This document shows, piece by piece, positions 10,746 to 22,622 of a stretch of 38,881 nt of DNA. Source of the DNA: Octopus bimaculoides. Its lineage: Eukaryota. A model generated the notes under the pieces. It ran no database searches, was not told the DNA's origin, and was given only the letters and a program-made list of their open reading frames with translations. A program made the position numbers and the translations under genes. Each line of letters begins with the position of its first letter. Position 1 is the first letter of the stretch. The DNA is taken from contig NC_068981.1 of assembly GCF_001194135.2 (NCBI RefSeq), positions 64,766,830 through 64,805,710 of the forward strand, read 5' to 3'.

Positions 10746-12880
10746 TNNNNNNNNNNNNNNNNNNNNNNNNNNNNNNNNNNNNNNNNNNNNNNNNNNNNNN
10801 NNNNNNNNNNNNNNNNNNNNNNNNNNNNNNNNNNNNNNNNNNNNNNNNNNNNNNNNNNNNNNNNNNNNNNNNNNNNNNNNNNNNNNNNNNNNNNNNNNNN
10901 NNNNNNNNNNNNNNNNNNNNNNNNNNNNNNNNNNNNNNNNNNNNNNNNNNNNNNNNNNNNNNNNNNNNNNNNNNNNNNNNNNNNNNNNNNNNNNNNNNNN
11001 NNNNNNNNNNNNNNNNNNNNNNNNNNNNNNNNNNNNNNNNNNNNNNNNNNNNNNNNNNNNNNNNNNNNNNNNNNNNNNNNNNNNNNNNNNNNNNNNNNNN
11101 NNNNNNNNNNNNNNNNNNNNNNNNNNNNNNNNNNNNNNNNNNNNNNNNNNNNNNNNNNNNNNNNNNNNNNNNNNNNNNNNNNNNNNNNNNNNNNNNNNNN
11201 NNNNNNNNNNNNNNNNNNNNNNNNNNNNNNNNNNNNNNNNNNNNNNNNNNNNNNNNNNNNNNNNNNNNNNNNNNNNNNNNNNNNNNNNNNNNNNNNNNNN
11301 NNNNNNNNNNNNNNNNNNNNNNNNNNNNNNNNNNNNNNNNNNNNNNNNNNNNNNNNNNNNNNNNNNNNNNNNNNNNNNNNNNNNNNNNNNNNNNNNNNNN
11401 NNNNNNNNNNNNNNNNNNNNNNNNNNNNNNNNNNNNNNNNNNNNNNNNNNNNNNNNNNNNNNNNNNNNNNNNNNNNNNNNNNNNNNNNNNNNNNNNNNNN
11501 NNNNNNNNNNNNNNNNNNNNNNNNNNNNNNNNNNNNNNNNNNNNNNNNNNNNNNNNNNNNNNNNNNNNNNNNNNNNNNNNNNNNNNNNNNNNNNNNNNNN
11601 NNNNNNNNNNNNNNNNNNNNNNNNNNNNNNNNNNNNNNNNNNNNNNNNNNNNNNNNNNNNNNNNATATATATATATATATGTATGTATGTATACATGTAT
11701 GTATGTATGTATGTATGTATGTATGTATGTATATATGTACATATACGTATGCATGTATACATATATATTTCTATGCATGCATAGAGAGAAAGAGAGAGGG
11801 AGAGGAAGAGAAAATGAGAGGGGAGAAACAAGCAGTCAAACAGAAAGACAGAAAGAACGTAAAGGCCATGTTAAATCGCACCCTCACATTCGTAAAGAAA
11901 AGGCACATTGAATAATCTATTCTTAGAAATATGCCTAAAACGACGAGTTGTTCATGACTAGAATGCTTTTATCATAGATTTACTCGATCATGCTTCACAT
12001 GAGTTACTCCGCAATATCAGCTTGTATATTCCAATCCTCCAAAATTCACAACTTTTGAAGTATTTTCTATTACCAACCACTTTTATTGTATTTTATTCTC
12101 TGTCGATCTCTATCTTCTGTCTCCAATGTATTTATCAATCCTTTACTCCTTCTTTTCACCCCCTCCTGTCTCCCACGTTTACTCTCTCTCTTACTCTCTC
12201 TCTCTCTCTCTCACTCACTCTCTCCCTCTCTTTCCGCTCTTTTCTTTCTTTGATGCTATACTTCGTATTAAGTGTATCGTAGCTAAAACATTTAAATAGC
12301 TTCTCCATTTGAAAGTTGTACCGATATATCACTAGCTCAGTCTGCCAGTAATGGTCACACACTTCTCGTTTCCAAGAACTATAATCTGCCAAAATTGTTT
12401 GTTATTTCCCACAAGAGTTGTTTTGCTGCCAGAAAATTGGAGAAGCAAGGGGTTGTCGTTTGGTTAGATATAGCTGAGCAATGTGGATCGAAGCAAGTGT
12501 AGTAATAGATCGTAAATTCTCAAATAAGTGGAATTAGGATAAATAGTAAACTTACATTTAACTCATTCCTATATTATCACAATAGCAGCCACACACACAC
12601 ACGTACGTATATGAAGACACCACACATACATAGATACATATAAACGCACAAACATATACACGCACTGTGTTGGCCCGTCTCTTCTCTCTTTTCCTTTTTC
12701 GCATAAACATAAACATTCACTCAAATGTACGTGTCTGTGTCAATATATAAGCATTTATCTATACATATGTGTGTGTATGTATGTGTGTGTCTTTCCTTGT
12801 GTGGGTGTGTATGCGAGTGTGTGCATGTCCGTGTATACAAATACAGAGAAGAAAATACGTAAAGATAGACAGCCAACTAC

Positions 12881-12897
12881 CTAGCTAGCTAGCTAGC

Positions 12898-12971
<74 letters not shown>
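12881..12971. repeat. (TAGC)n-(GATA)n microsatellite; other GATA arrays at about 14571-14650, 16589-16667, 30100-30148, 37238-37300
   Basis: Direct reading. Confidence 0.95.
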
Positions 12972-12972
<1 letters not shown>

Positions 12973-13338
12973 ATTGGTTAGCTAAGTGAGAGGGGAAGAG
13001 AGAGAAAGAGAGGTGTTGTTACTTAAGCTTGAGTTCGCTCTAATATAACAGGCTTACAACCAAAAGAAAAGCTGTAGATATCTTGTTGTTTTTATCAGGA
13101 AGTGTGTACCTCGAAGTATATTATCCATTAGGCCAAGACGGTAGTATTTTGAGGGAAACTTTCTTCCCAAATCTACCTGGAAACTCTCAATCAAGATACT
13201 TGTTTTGCTGCTTGTGGTAGTGGAGATTTTTTTTATTCCCGTCTATGTATGGTTGGTGCTCCGTCGCTGACAAGTAAAATATTGCTTTTACCTGTGTAAA
13301 ATATAATGGAGATGACTTGAGTACACCTCTGCTTTCAA

Positions 13339-13591
13339 CAGTGTTTCTCAACCGTTTTTGACCTATGCATCCCTTTGATCTCTATTTTACTCTAAGAGAT
13401 CCCCATAGCCATTCATTGTTTAAAAATACATCCTATTATATTTTTATAATTAAATATTATTAGAAATTGTATTTAAAAAATTAAAATATTTTATGTATTG
13501 TAGAAGTATAAGTAATTTATTGCACATAAACTTTAACAATAAAGTCTTATATGGACCCAAAGGTCACATGGACACCGATTGAGAATCGCTG
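13339..13591. mobile_element. hAT-like MITE, 253 bp
   Basis: Ends CAGTGTTTCTCAACC and GATTGAGAATCGCTG are imperfect TIRs of the hAT CAGTGGTTCTCAA type. AT-rich interior. 8-bp flanks GCTTTCAA and GCCTTCGG (5/8) may be a decayed TSD. Confidence 0.65.
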
Positions 13592-14139
13592 GCCTTCGGG
13601 ATGAACTTTGGCATCGAGCTAAGTAATACATAAATGGAGTTGGCTGTATTTGATTATTGTGAGTTATGTGTATTGGCTTTCAATACAGCTCAATGACAGT
13701 GAGAAAATCAGAACTATCAAACAATGCGACTGCTTGAGTATGGAGTCACATTCTTGAAGATTTCTTTATTTGTTTATAGTCTAAAAATTCTTCTTTGAAA
13801 ACTATGAGTTAAAGATAGGCGCGTATATATTAATATATGTGAGTTTTGTCATTAGGTTTACTCGCTCCTTAGGATTATCTAACTCAGTAAGGCGATCGAT
13901 CTCAGTCATTTTTTGCTATCCAATAATAACAAGCGACATCGCAATTTTAGCTGATTATCACATTCCTTTTCAATAAATGTTAAGTCTAGCACTGACAAAA
14001 AATATCCTTTTTAAATATTTTTCTATTAACCAATGATAATTGAAATTAACTGAAGTGCAACTGTACCGCCGGAAAAAAAAAAGACTTAATGACAAACAAA
14101 ACAACTAAATTAACCGGAGATTACTGGACAGGCAGAAAT

Positions 14140-14500
14140 ACAAATGCATATCTCCGTTATTAGTTATACAATGCTGAAGCGATTATCTACGTGACAGAAG
14201 TCACTTCTTCAAAATGAAAGCCAAACATCGTGCAAAAAAATATGTAGGTATGGGGGGAAGGAAAATTCAAATGAAGCTTCAACTATACTCCTTCAGAAAT
14301 ATACAAAAGAGTCATATAATAAAACTACCCAGTTACAAGTGGAATTTGAAAAATCATGCTACCGTGTTCGACACAAGTAAAAGTTTCACGAAAGATGAAG
14401 ACCATTCATATCTGATTCAAAAAGTTGGGGGTTATGCATAGACGAAAACTATCTCATATCCAACAACCTTAATAAATTCGTGGACTATCTAAATATCTGA
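14140..14500 (+). mobile_element. Probable Penelope-like element remnant: degenerate GIY-YIG endonuclease
   Basis: Across frameshifts: AIIYVTEVTSS...KKYVGM...SFRN...KLPSYKWNLKN...LCIDENYLI. Resembles the PLE pattern VIY...YIG...SF...LS.Y.W.LK...LC..EK (pattern from recall). Confidence 0.5.
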
Positions 14501-14569
14501 TTAGAGGCCTTTACATAGTGTTACCACCTTGATAAATATCTACTGAAACTCTGAGTGAATTTACTAGAC

Positions 14570-14652
<83 letters not shown>

Positions 14653-15091
14653 CAGACAGATAGCACTTGATAACGTGAGAGATAGAGAGAGACGGAGATT
14701 CAGACACAATGAGATTTCCATGTCAGAAAAAAAGAAAAAGGTCTGATAAAAATATACAGATAGTTATGTAGGGAAAGAGTCAGCAACAGACAGACAGACT
14801 GACAGACAAAGAGAGAGTTAAAATATGTGCAGGAGAGGAAGCAAAATGGAGGAGAAAAAGATAGAAAGGATTCAGAAAAACATAAGGAAAGGAAAAGAAG
14901 TAAAAAACAAAAACAAGGATACGTCTGTGATATAATAGATACAATCTGATTCTTGTGTTGTAACTGGAACTTACCATATTAACTCTTCCATCTGGGAACA
15001 TTCTGGAAATTCTATAACAATCTCGGTGTTTTACTACTTAGTTGTTTGACATATACATACATTCCTTCCTTCACACACTCACTTTCTCTGC

Positions 15092-15094
<3 letters not shown>

Positions 15095-15147
<53 letters not shown>

Positions 15148-15176
15148 GTTCCATCTATCTTTGTACTGTTCTCTCC

Positions 15177-15213
<37 letters not shown>

Positions 15214-15583
15214 CTAATACGAGTATTATATATCCTTGCATGCAAATATGTATGTGTGCGTCTGTGTCTGCATTTGTGTATGCGAGTGTGAAGTGTGGGA
15301 GACAGACAGACAGATAGGGAGAGAAAGAAAGAGAGAGGTATATGTAAACATGAATACATATATTCTATTGTGTGTATACATATATTTTTTTATATTACTG
15401 ACCATTCATACATATACATACACACAAACACACACACATATACATACACATATATTTATTTATACATACACACACACATTCATACATACACATATATGTA
15501 TACACACATACAAACATACATACAGAGACATTGCAAACCTTCAAATTCGCTTGTTAGTAAAAACAAATGATAAAAAAAAATAC

Positions 15584-15627
<44 letters not shown>

Positions 15628-15920
15628 NNNNNNNNNNACACACACACACACACACACATACACACACACACATACACACAAACACACAAACACACATACC
15701 CACAAACACACATGCACGCAAACACACACAGGTGCACACATATTCACACACAAACAATATATACACTCACACAAACACACGCACATATATACACTCACAC
15801 ACACACACGAACACTTACACGAGCATACACACAAACACAAACGCACGCAAAATATACACACTCACACACACACACAATATATATACACACACACTCACAC
15901 ACATTCAGGCACACACACCA
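15095..15920. repeat. Compound (CT)n/(TA)n/(CA)n microsatellite-rich block
   Basis: Direct reading; source of the HT/CV-repeat pseudo-ORFs. Confidence 0.9.
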
Positions 15921-16238
15921 AACTTCCGTCCATTACTGTCCGTGATGTTGTTTATCACATATCGGACCTACCGGAAGACGATACGCTTCTTTTCCTGACA
16001 CCGCCCGATCGATAAAACTTATTATTATTGACATCCCATAAGTTTTGTGGTGAGTGGAGGTTAAGAAGGTCGAGGAGCAGGCCCCATGGTAAAACTCTCA
16101 ATTTCGATGTTTTCCAAGGAAATCATTGTGTCTGGGTGAGAATGATGTAAAGTGGAAGATATTTTATTTCTTTTCTTTTTCTCTTTCTTTCCTTTCTTCT
16201 TTCATGGCTCTTTTTCTTTCCTTTTTCCATCCTATATT

Positions 16239-16272
<34 letters not shown>

Positions 16273-16587
16273 TTTCTGTCTTTCTACTTGTCCTTTCTTT
16301 TAGAGTCCTTTCTTCGTCTATTTTTCTGTTATTTCTCTTTCTGCAATTCCGATTTCCCCTTCTTTTATAATTCCTCCCTTCCTAACTTTCTTTCTATATT
16401 TCTTCCATACCTTTCTTTCTTTCTTGTTTTTCTTTCTTGTTTTTCTTTCTTTCTTACTTTCTACCTTTTCTTCTGTGGCTAACTTTAGCTGTTCTTTTGT
16501 AATGGCAACAAATGATACTCTGATTCCCAACAAGAAATGGCCATGTGAAGTAGTGGAGAGAAAATGAGAGATAAATGGTTCGATGGG

Positions 16588-16668
<81 letters not shown>

Positions 16669-16810
16669 TCACTATATATATATATATAATAATTTTCCCA
16701 GAGGATGTAGCAACCGTTACCAATATAGCATAAGAACTTACCTTAGGAGATCATTAATTAGATTCCTTAAGGGTCGTTCTCACAGTTTATATTTATATCA
16801 TAAGGTTTTT

Positions 16811-16908
16811 AAACTTTTAAATTTTCATATTCAAAAGAGACAGAGACTTCAAATTCGATATCGAATTTGAAGTCTCTGTCTCTTTTGAATATGAAAATTT
16901 AAAAGTTT
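16811..16908. repeat. Perfect 98-bp spacerless palindrome at a contig end
   Basis: 16811-16859 is the exact reverse complement of 16860-16908; centre GAT|ATC; N gap starts at 16909. Confidence 0.97.
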
Positions 16909-17065
16909 NNNNNNNNNNNNNNNNNNNNNNNNNNNNNNNNNNNNNNNNNNNNNNNNNNNNNNNNNNNNNNNNNNNNNNNNNNNNNNNNNNNNNNNNNNNN
17001 NNNNNNNNNNNNNNNNNNNNNNNNNNNNNNNNNNNNNTATTTATATTCTTTATTTTTTTAAATGC

Positions 17066-17447
17066 TTTTATTTGTTTCAGTCATTTGACTGAAGCCATGC
17101 TGGAGCACCGCCTTTATTCGAACAAATCGATCCCGGACTTATTCTTTGTAAGCCTAGTACTTATTCTATCGGTCTTTTCCGCCGAACTGCTAGGTTACGG
17201 GTGACCTAAACTCACCAACATCGATTGTCAGGCGATGGTGGGAGGACAAGCACAGACATATACACTCACATGCACACACATATACGACGGGTTTCTTTCA
17301 GTTTCCGTCTATCAAATCCACTCACAAGACTTTGGTCGGCCTGAGACTATAGAAGAAGACACTTGCCCAAATGCTATGCAGTGGGATTGAACCCGGAACC
17401 ATGTGGTTGGTAAGCAAGCTACTTGTCACACAGCCACTTCTGCGCAT
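17066..17447 (-). mobile_element. SINE family A, full length
   Basis: Colinear with 1881-2273 from tail to head. Confidence 0.9.
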
Positions 17448-17476
17448 AAGTGGCTGTGTGATAAGTAGCTTGCTTA
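17411..17476. repeat. 29-bp-arm inverted repeat at the SINE A 5' end
   Basis: Arms 17411-17439 and 17448-17476, loop CTGCGCAT, one G.T mismatch. Confidence 0.95.
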
Positions 17477-18099
17477 TTTATACATATATATGCTTATTTA
17501 TATATATATANNNNNNNNNNNNNNNNNNNNNNNNNNNNNNNNNNNNNNNNNNNNNNNNNNNNNNNNNNNNNNNNNNNNNNNNNNNNNNNNNNNNNNNNNN
17601 NNNNNNNNNNNNNNNNNNNNNNNNNNNNNNNNNNNNNNNNNNNNNNNNNNNNNNNNNNNNNNNNNNNNNNNNNNNNNNNNNNNNNNNNNNNNNNNNNNNN
17701 NNNNNNNNNNNNNNNNNNNNNNNNNNNNNNNNNNNNNNNNNNNNNNNNNNNNNNNNNNNNNNNNNNNNNNNNNNNNNNNNNNNNNNNNNNNNNNNNNNNN
17801 NNNNNNNNNNNNNNNNNNNNNNNNNNNNGAGAGAGAGAAGGAAAGAAAGAATGAAAATGATTTAAAGGTATAAATATACAACGTATTGACTACTGTATCT
17901 CTTTTATTCTAATACTCTGACAAGTGTATGTATATACTCACACGCAAACCCACACACAAAAGGGAGATGAAGGTATTTATGGAGGGAAAGAGATAAAGAA
18001 CGAAGAAAAAAGAAAACAGAATGAAAACCTACGAAATGAAAGGGAGAATAATGATATAAATACAAAGAAGGAGACCGTTTGACAGTAGTGTATCTCTCT

Positions 18100-20150
18100 T
18101 GTTAATAGCTCACAATCCCACAATACCGCCATCACATTTCCATCACCAGCAAACGTACCAGCCGACATTTCTACAACACAGCCATTACCTTCATCATTAG
18201 TATCGCCACTTCCAATTCCTCTGTTATGACCGTTTCTCTCTCCACCCGCCATTAATAAGTACGATTAACATTTCCAACCTTACTACTGCCAGTACGATTC
18301 ACCATCGTCCAATTCAGTAAGGAATTAATACCACCAACACCACTATCACCACTTTCACCATTTCCGTCATCATCCACTCTATAAAGCTACTTATCCTCCT
18401 ACTATTACTGCCATCTTGATCTCTATCACTACCATCAAACAATTAATATTACTGTCACTAATCACCATGGACACAATCAGCAATTTCACCAAACTAGTAA
18501 TACTGCCTTCATCACAACCAACTTCATCTACATCGACTTCATATAAACTAACGAGTAAGACTCTTATCGTTCGACCTGTTGCAAGTAATGTCCAAATCTC
18601 GTTCAAATCACGCCACACCGTCTTCGAAAAGAATACATTGAATGATGAAGTCCCAGTGTCTTTTATACGTAAAAAAAACATAGAATTGCCATGTCCTGAT
18701 TGCCTCTGAGCGATCGGGGAAGTTCTATAGCTAAACAACAGTAATATTACAGTCATAACCACAATTCTTGCCATGGCCAACGACTTCTAGTTCTCTAATC
18801 CAGTGATACCGCCATCATCTTCATCAATATCGACACCATCCCCCCACTCCACCATCACCTCTGCCTTCTTCACCAACACCGCCATCGACATCACAACTAC
18901 CTACGTCACCAATATTACACCAAACACGACTCACTCCACCAATACTACAGAGGATACCACCACCATCACCACCCCCCCAATACTACGAACAACGCGACCA
19001 CCAAATGCATCGCTAGTGTATCTCATCGCCATAAGCGCTATCATCACCACCACCATCAACATTATCGTTACCATCAGTCACTCAACCAATACTTCAAACT
19101 ATACCACCTCTGCCATCGTCACCCACCTTTTCCTCCTCTTTCTATACCACCGCTACCACCACTACTACCATTACCACCAACAATAAGGTCATTACTACGA
19201 GCAACACTAACGCCACCACCACCACTACCACTAACAATGCTTCTAACACAACTGACATCAACACCACCACCATTATCGCTACCACAACATATTCACTCCC
19301 TCAGTTCTATAAAGAACTCCACCACCATCACCACTACCAATACTTCCGTCACCACCACGACCACCACCACCACTGCCACCACCATCAACATCAATACTTC
19401 CATCAACATCAATACTTCCATCACCACCATGACCACCACCAACACCACCACCATCAATACTTCCATCACCATCACGACCACGACCACCACTGTTACCACC
19501 ACCACCAGCACGACCACCACCACCACCACCACNNNNNNNNNNNNNNNNNNNNNNNNNNNNNNNNNNNNNNNNNNNNNNNNNNNNNNNNNNNNNNNNNNNN
19601 NNNNNNNNNNNNNNNNNNNNNNNNNNNNNNNNNNNNNNNNNNNNNNNNNNNNNNNNNNNNNNNNNNNNNNNNNNNNNNNNNNNNNNNNNNNNNNNNNNNN
19701 NNNNNNNNNNNNNNNNNNNNNNNNNNNNNNNNNNNNNNNNNNNNNNNNNCACCACCACCACTGCCGCCACCACTACCACTACCACCACCACCACCACCAG
19801 TATTATCACCATCACCACCAGTTCTATCACCGTCGCCACCAGCAACAATACCATCATCGCTACCATCACTCGCTTCCTCCAATCACCAACACCGCCACAG
19901 CATCATCACCACCACCGAACCCAGCCCAATTCACTCCACCGATAATACTACAAAATACCACCACCACCACCACCACCAATACTACCATCGTCAACATCAC
20001 CGCCAAAGCCACCAAAGCATCAATGCTACAACCAACACAAACACCAAGTAAAACTAAAAGCAACCAACAGCATCGCCATCAGTATCTAACAAACCAATTC
20101 TACAAATACTCAATTACCTAACAGTCCGACACACACATTCACTCACTCGC
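18100..20150. repeat. Degenerate (ACC/CAC/CAT)n low-complexity tract
   Basis: G-poor plus strand made of decayed trinucleotide repeats; gives poly-T/H/V pseudo-ORFs. Confidence 0.85.
18565..18715 (+). mobile_element. Fragment of an old interspersed repeat (family E); second copy at about 31680-31830
   Basis: CGTTCGACCTGTTGCAAGTAATGTCCAAAT versus CGCTCAACCTGTTAAAAATAACAGCCAAAT, with weaker downstream similarity. Confidence 0.35.
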
Positions 20151-20596
20151 TCTCCTTACTCCTCTCTTTCTCTCTCCATTCTCATCATCATCGTCATCGT
20201 CAGCCAACATCTTCATCTTCTCCCACTCTCGACCTTCCTTCCTCCACCGTCCTCACGACGAAAATGTGATGAGGCATATCAAATTGAATTCTAATGCCGG
20301 GAGACGAAGAGTCTAATAGAGCTGCAAACAGGGACACGATGTCAGTTGCCCGCTTTTGTTTTCATAGTTAATGGTCTGTGACCGTATATATAACAGTTAG
20401 CAGTTGGACCATCTAAAGCTGCTAGGGATTAAATTTAATTTACTTTGGCGTTTTTATCTTCCTCTTTGTTGCATTTCTTGTTATTGTTGTTCTTTATTAT
20501 TGTTGTTGTTGTTGTTGTTGTTGCTGCTACTGCTGGTGTTGTTGCAGTTGTTTTTGCTGCTGTTGCTACTATCGTTATTATTAACATTATTATTTT

Positions 20597-20631
<35 letters not shown>

Positions 20632-20749
20632 TCCCACTTTTTTTACTATTATTGTCGGTTTTTTGTTTTCTATATTCTAATGTAATTGTTGTTGTTGTTC
20701 ATTTAGTTACATTTTTTTATTCATTTTTTTTCTAATTTTTATAGCTTCT

Positions 20750-21420
20750 TTTCTTTTCTTCTTGCGTTATTCTTTGCCTTTATTTATTGTTTCCACCATT
20801 TCCCTACGCCAACAACTTTTCTTCCACCCCCTCTTCCTTACCTTTGTTTCTCCGTCCAACGACACTGCCTTCACTCACAACTTCGCCTCTTTCCGCCAAA
20901 TCTGCGCCTTCCGCCACATTCACCTATTCCTCCACGTTCACAAGTTCTTTTTCCTCCGCGTTCACGTTCATCTTTTCCCTCCATGTTCACCTTTTACCTC
21001 TACTGATATCTCTACGTTTCCCAACTTCATCTGTTACTCCCCATTTCCGCATTCACTTCTTCCTCCAACTCCACTGCTTCCTCTGTTTTCACTCATTCTT
21101 TCACCTCCACTTTCTCTTCTACTTTCACTTTCACTTCTACCATCACCTTTAACTGTTCTTTCACCTACAGTCGCATTCTCCGCTTCCGTCTCTTCTTTCA
21201 CCATTGCGTTGTTTTCCTCTATATTTGCCTTCATTTCTTCCTCCAACTTTACTTTGTGCTTCCATTTTCATCATTTCCTCCACCACTTTCTCCATCTTCA
21301 CATCTTTGTCCACGTCTTCTTTCATCTACACGCTCCTACCTTCTTTATCCTCACCTCCTTCTCGTCTTCCCTTTCACCTCTTTTATAACTTACAAATTTT
21401 CCTCTGCCTTCACATCTTCC
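20750..21420. repeat. Polypyrimidine (CT-rich) low-complexity tract; another at about 16170-16480
   Basis: Direct reading. Confidence 0.85.
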
Positions 21421-21632
21421 TCGGATCGTTTCTGTTTGGCTGACACTTTTCAATTTCTTCAATTTTGTTCCAATTGATTTTATATTTGGTGTATTAATGT
21501 AGTTTTGTATAATGATTATTGACATGAAATTCATTTTTGTCATAAATCAATAAAAAAGTAGTTAATAGCGTTTAGATTTTGCAAATTTGAGATAATTTTA
21601 GACAACCGAAAACCACAGATATATAGGTGCCT

Positions 21633-21646
21633 GTTTCCATAGTAAC
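21633..21646. promoter_or_regulatory. RFX X-box-like motif GTTTCCATAGTAAC
   Basis: Matches the established X-box consensus GTNRCC/GTTNCC-AT-RGNAAC. No downstream gene identified. Confidence 0.25.
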
Positions 21647-21954
21647 AAGCTAAGCTGTTGTTAAGCTGCTAACCAGCTGACTAACTATATGGTTATTTTT
21701 CGCTTATTAAATGCTTAAAACATATGAGGCATGAGGTGGTCATGAAATGTGCTAAAAATAACCGCTAAGTAGACCTTAAATCGCGCACCAAAAATTTGCT
21801 TGTTTGTTTACGCATAATTGTATCAATTCCCGTGTTTGAATACAAATTCACAAACATTTTCTGAAAATTCCAAAGAATAATAAAAAAAAAAAGTAGAATT
21901 CCGCCAATATTTCATGTTTACAGTTTGATACTAAAACACGTGCTGTCGTTACAA

Positions 21955-22449
21955 TGTTGAGAACCATGACGCGACAATTCAGTACCTGACGATTCAGCGC
22001 TGACAATTCAGCACCGATAATTCAGCGCTAGAAATTCAGCGCCTAGGCAGTTCAGCGCATAAACAATTCAGCGCAGGGTATCTTATTGAACTTAGGTAAA
22101 TTATATTCTTTGAAGCAGTAGTTAGCTAGTTAAAGTTTGATAGATTCAAAAGGTGTTGTTATCGTTTCGTATGGGCGTGTGTATATATGCTTATGTTTTT
22201 TGTTTTTTTTTGCTGGTGTTTGTTTCATGTATATGTATGCTTTTTGTCTATGTATAGTTAATCTATTCAATGACTGCTGTGTTTGTAGATTGCATGTGCA
22301 TGTATTTTTAGATATACAGCCAACACCAATATGATGGTATAATAAATTATATATATTACATGCGTTGAATTATCTTGCGCTAAATTGTCGGCGCTGAATT
22401 GTCGGCACTGAATTGTCAGGAGCCGAACTGTCAGTATTTTGTTGAGAAC
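21955..22449. mobile_element. Foldback/MULE-like MITE with TIRs built from tandem 14-15 bp units
   Basis: Seven GACAATTCAGCGCC-like units at 21973-22075 and five inverted units at 22361-22432. 10-bp direct repeat TGTTGAGAAC at 21955-21964 and 22440-22449. Confidence 0.7.
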
Positions 22450-22549
22450 ACGTGCGGTCAGGCACAAAATGACAGCTTCTCAATCCTGTTTTCTGACTAA
22501 TTAAAAATGATCAAACTTTAAACCGCTGTATTTTCCTTCTAACCTAAAC

Positions 22550-22620
<71 letters not shown>
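22550..22620. repeat. (TAA)n microsatellite; others at about 23914-23973, 24531-24603, 33901-34036, 34264-34350, 34581-34652, 38641-38730
   Basis: Direct reading. Confidence 0.97.

Positions 22621-22622
<2 letters not shown>

Noticed and set aside
13044-13220. 58-codon open frame with an internal acceptor (GSVYLEVYYPLGQDGSILRETFFPNL...)
   Set aside because: No recognisable domain, weak donor, and a length expected by chance.
18803-20121. Mucin-like Thr-rich ORFs (18803-19186, 19237-20121)
   Set aside because: They are in different frames, span a gap, and all frames give homopolymeric peptides expected from decayed (ACC)n; no splice or domain support.
21973-22432. Regularly spaced 14-15 bp repeats as a CRISPR-like array
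   Set aside because: Units are contiguous with no unique spacers, form inverted arrays, and the sequence is eukaryotic.
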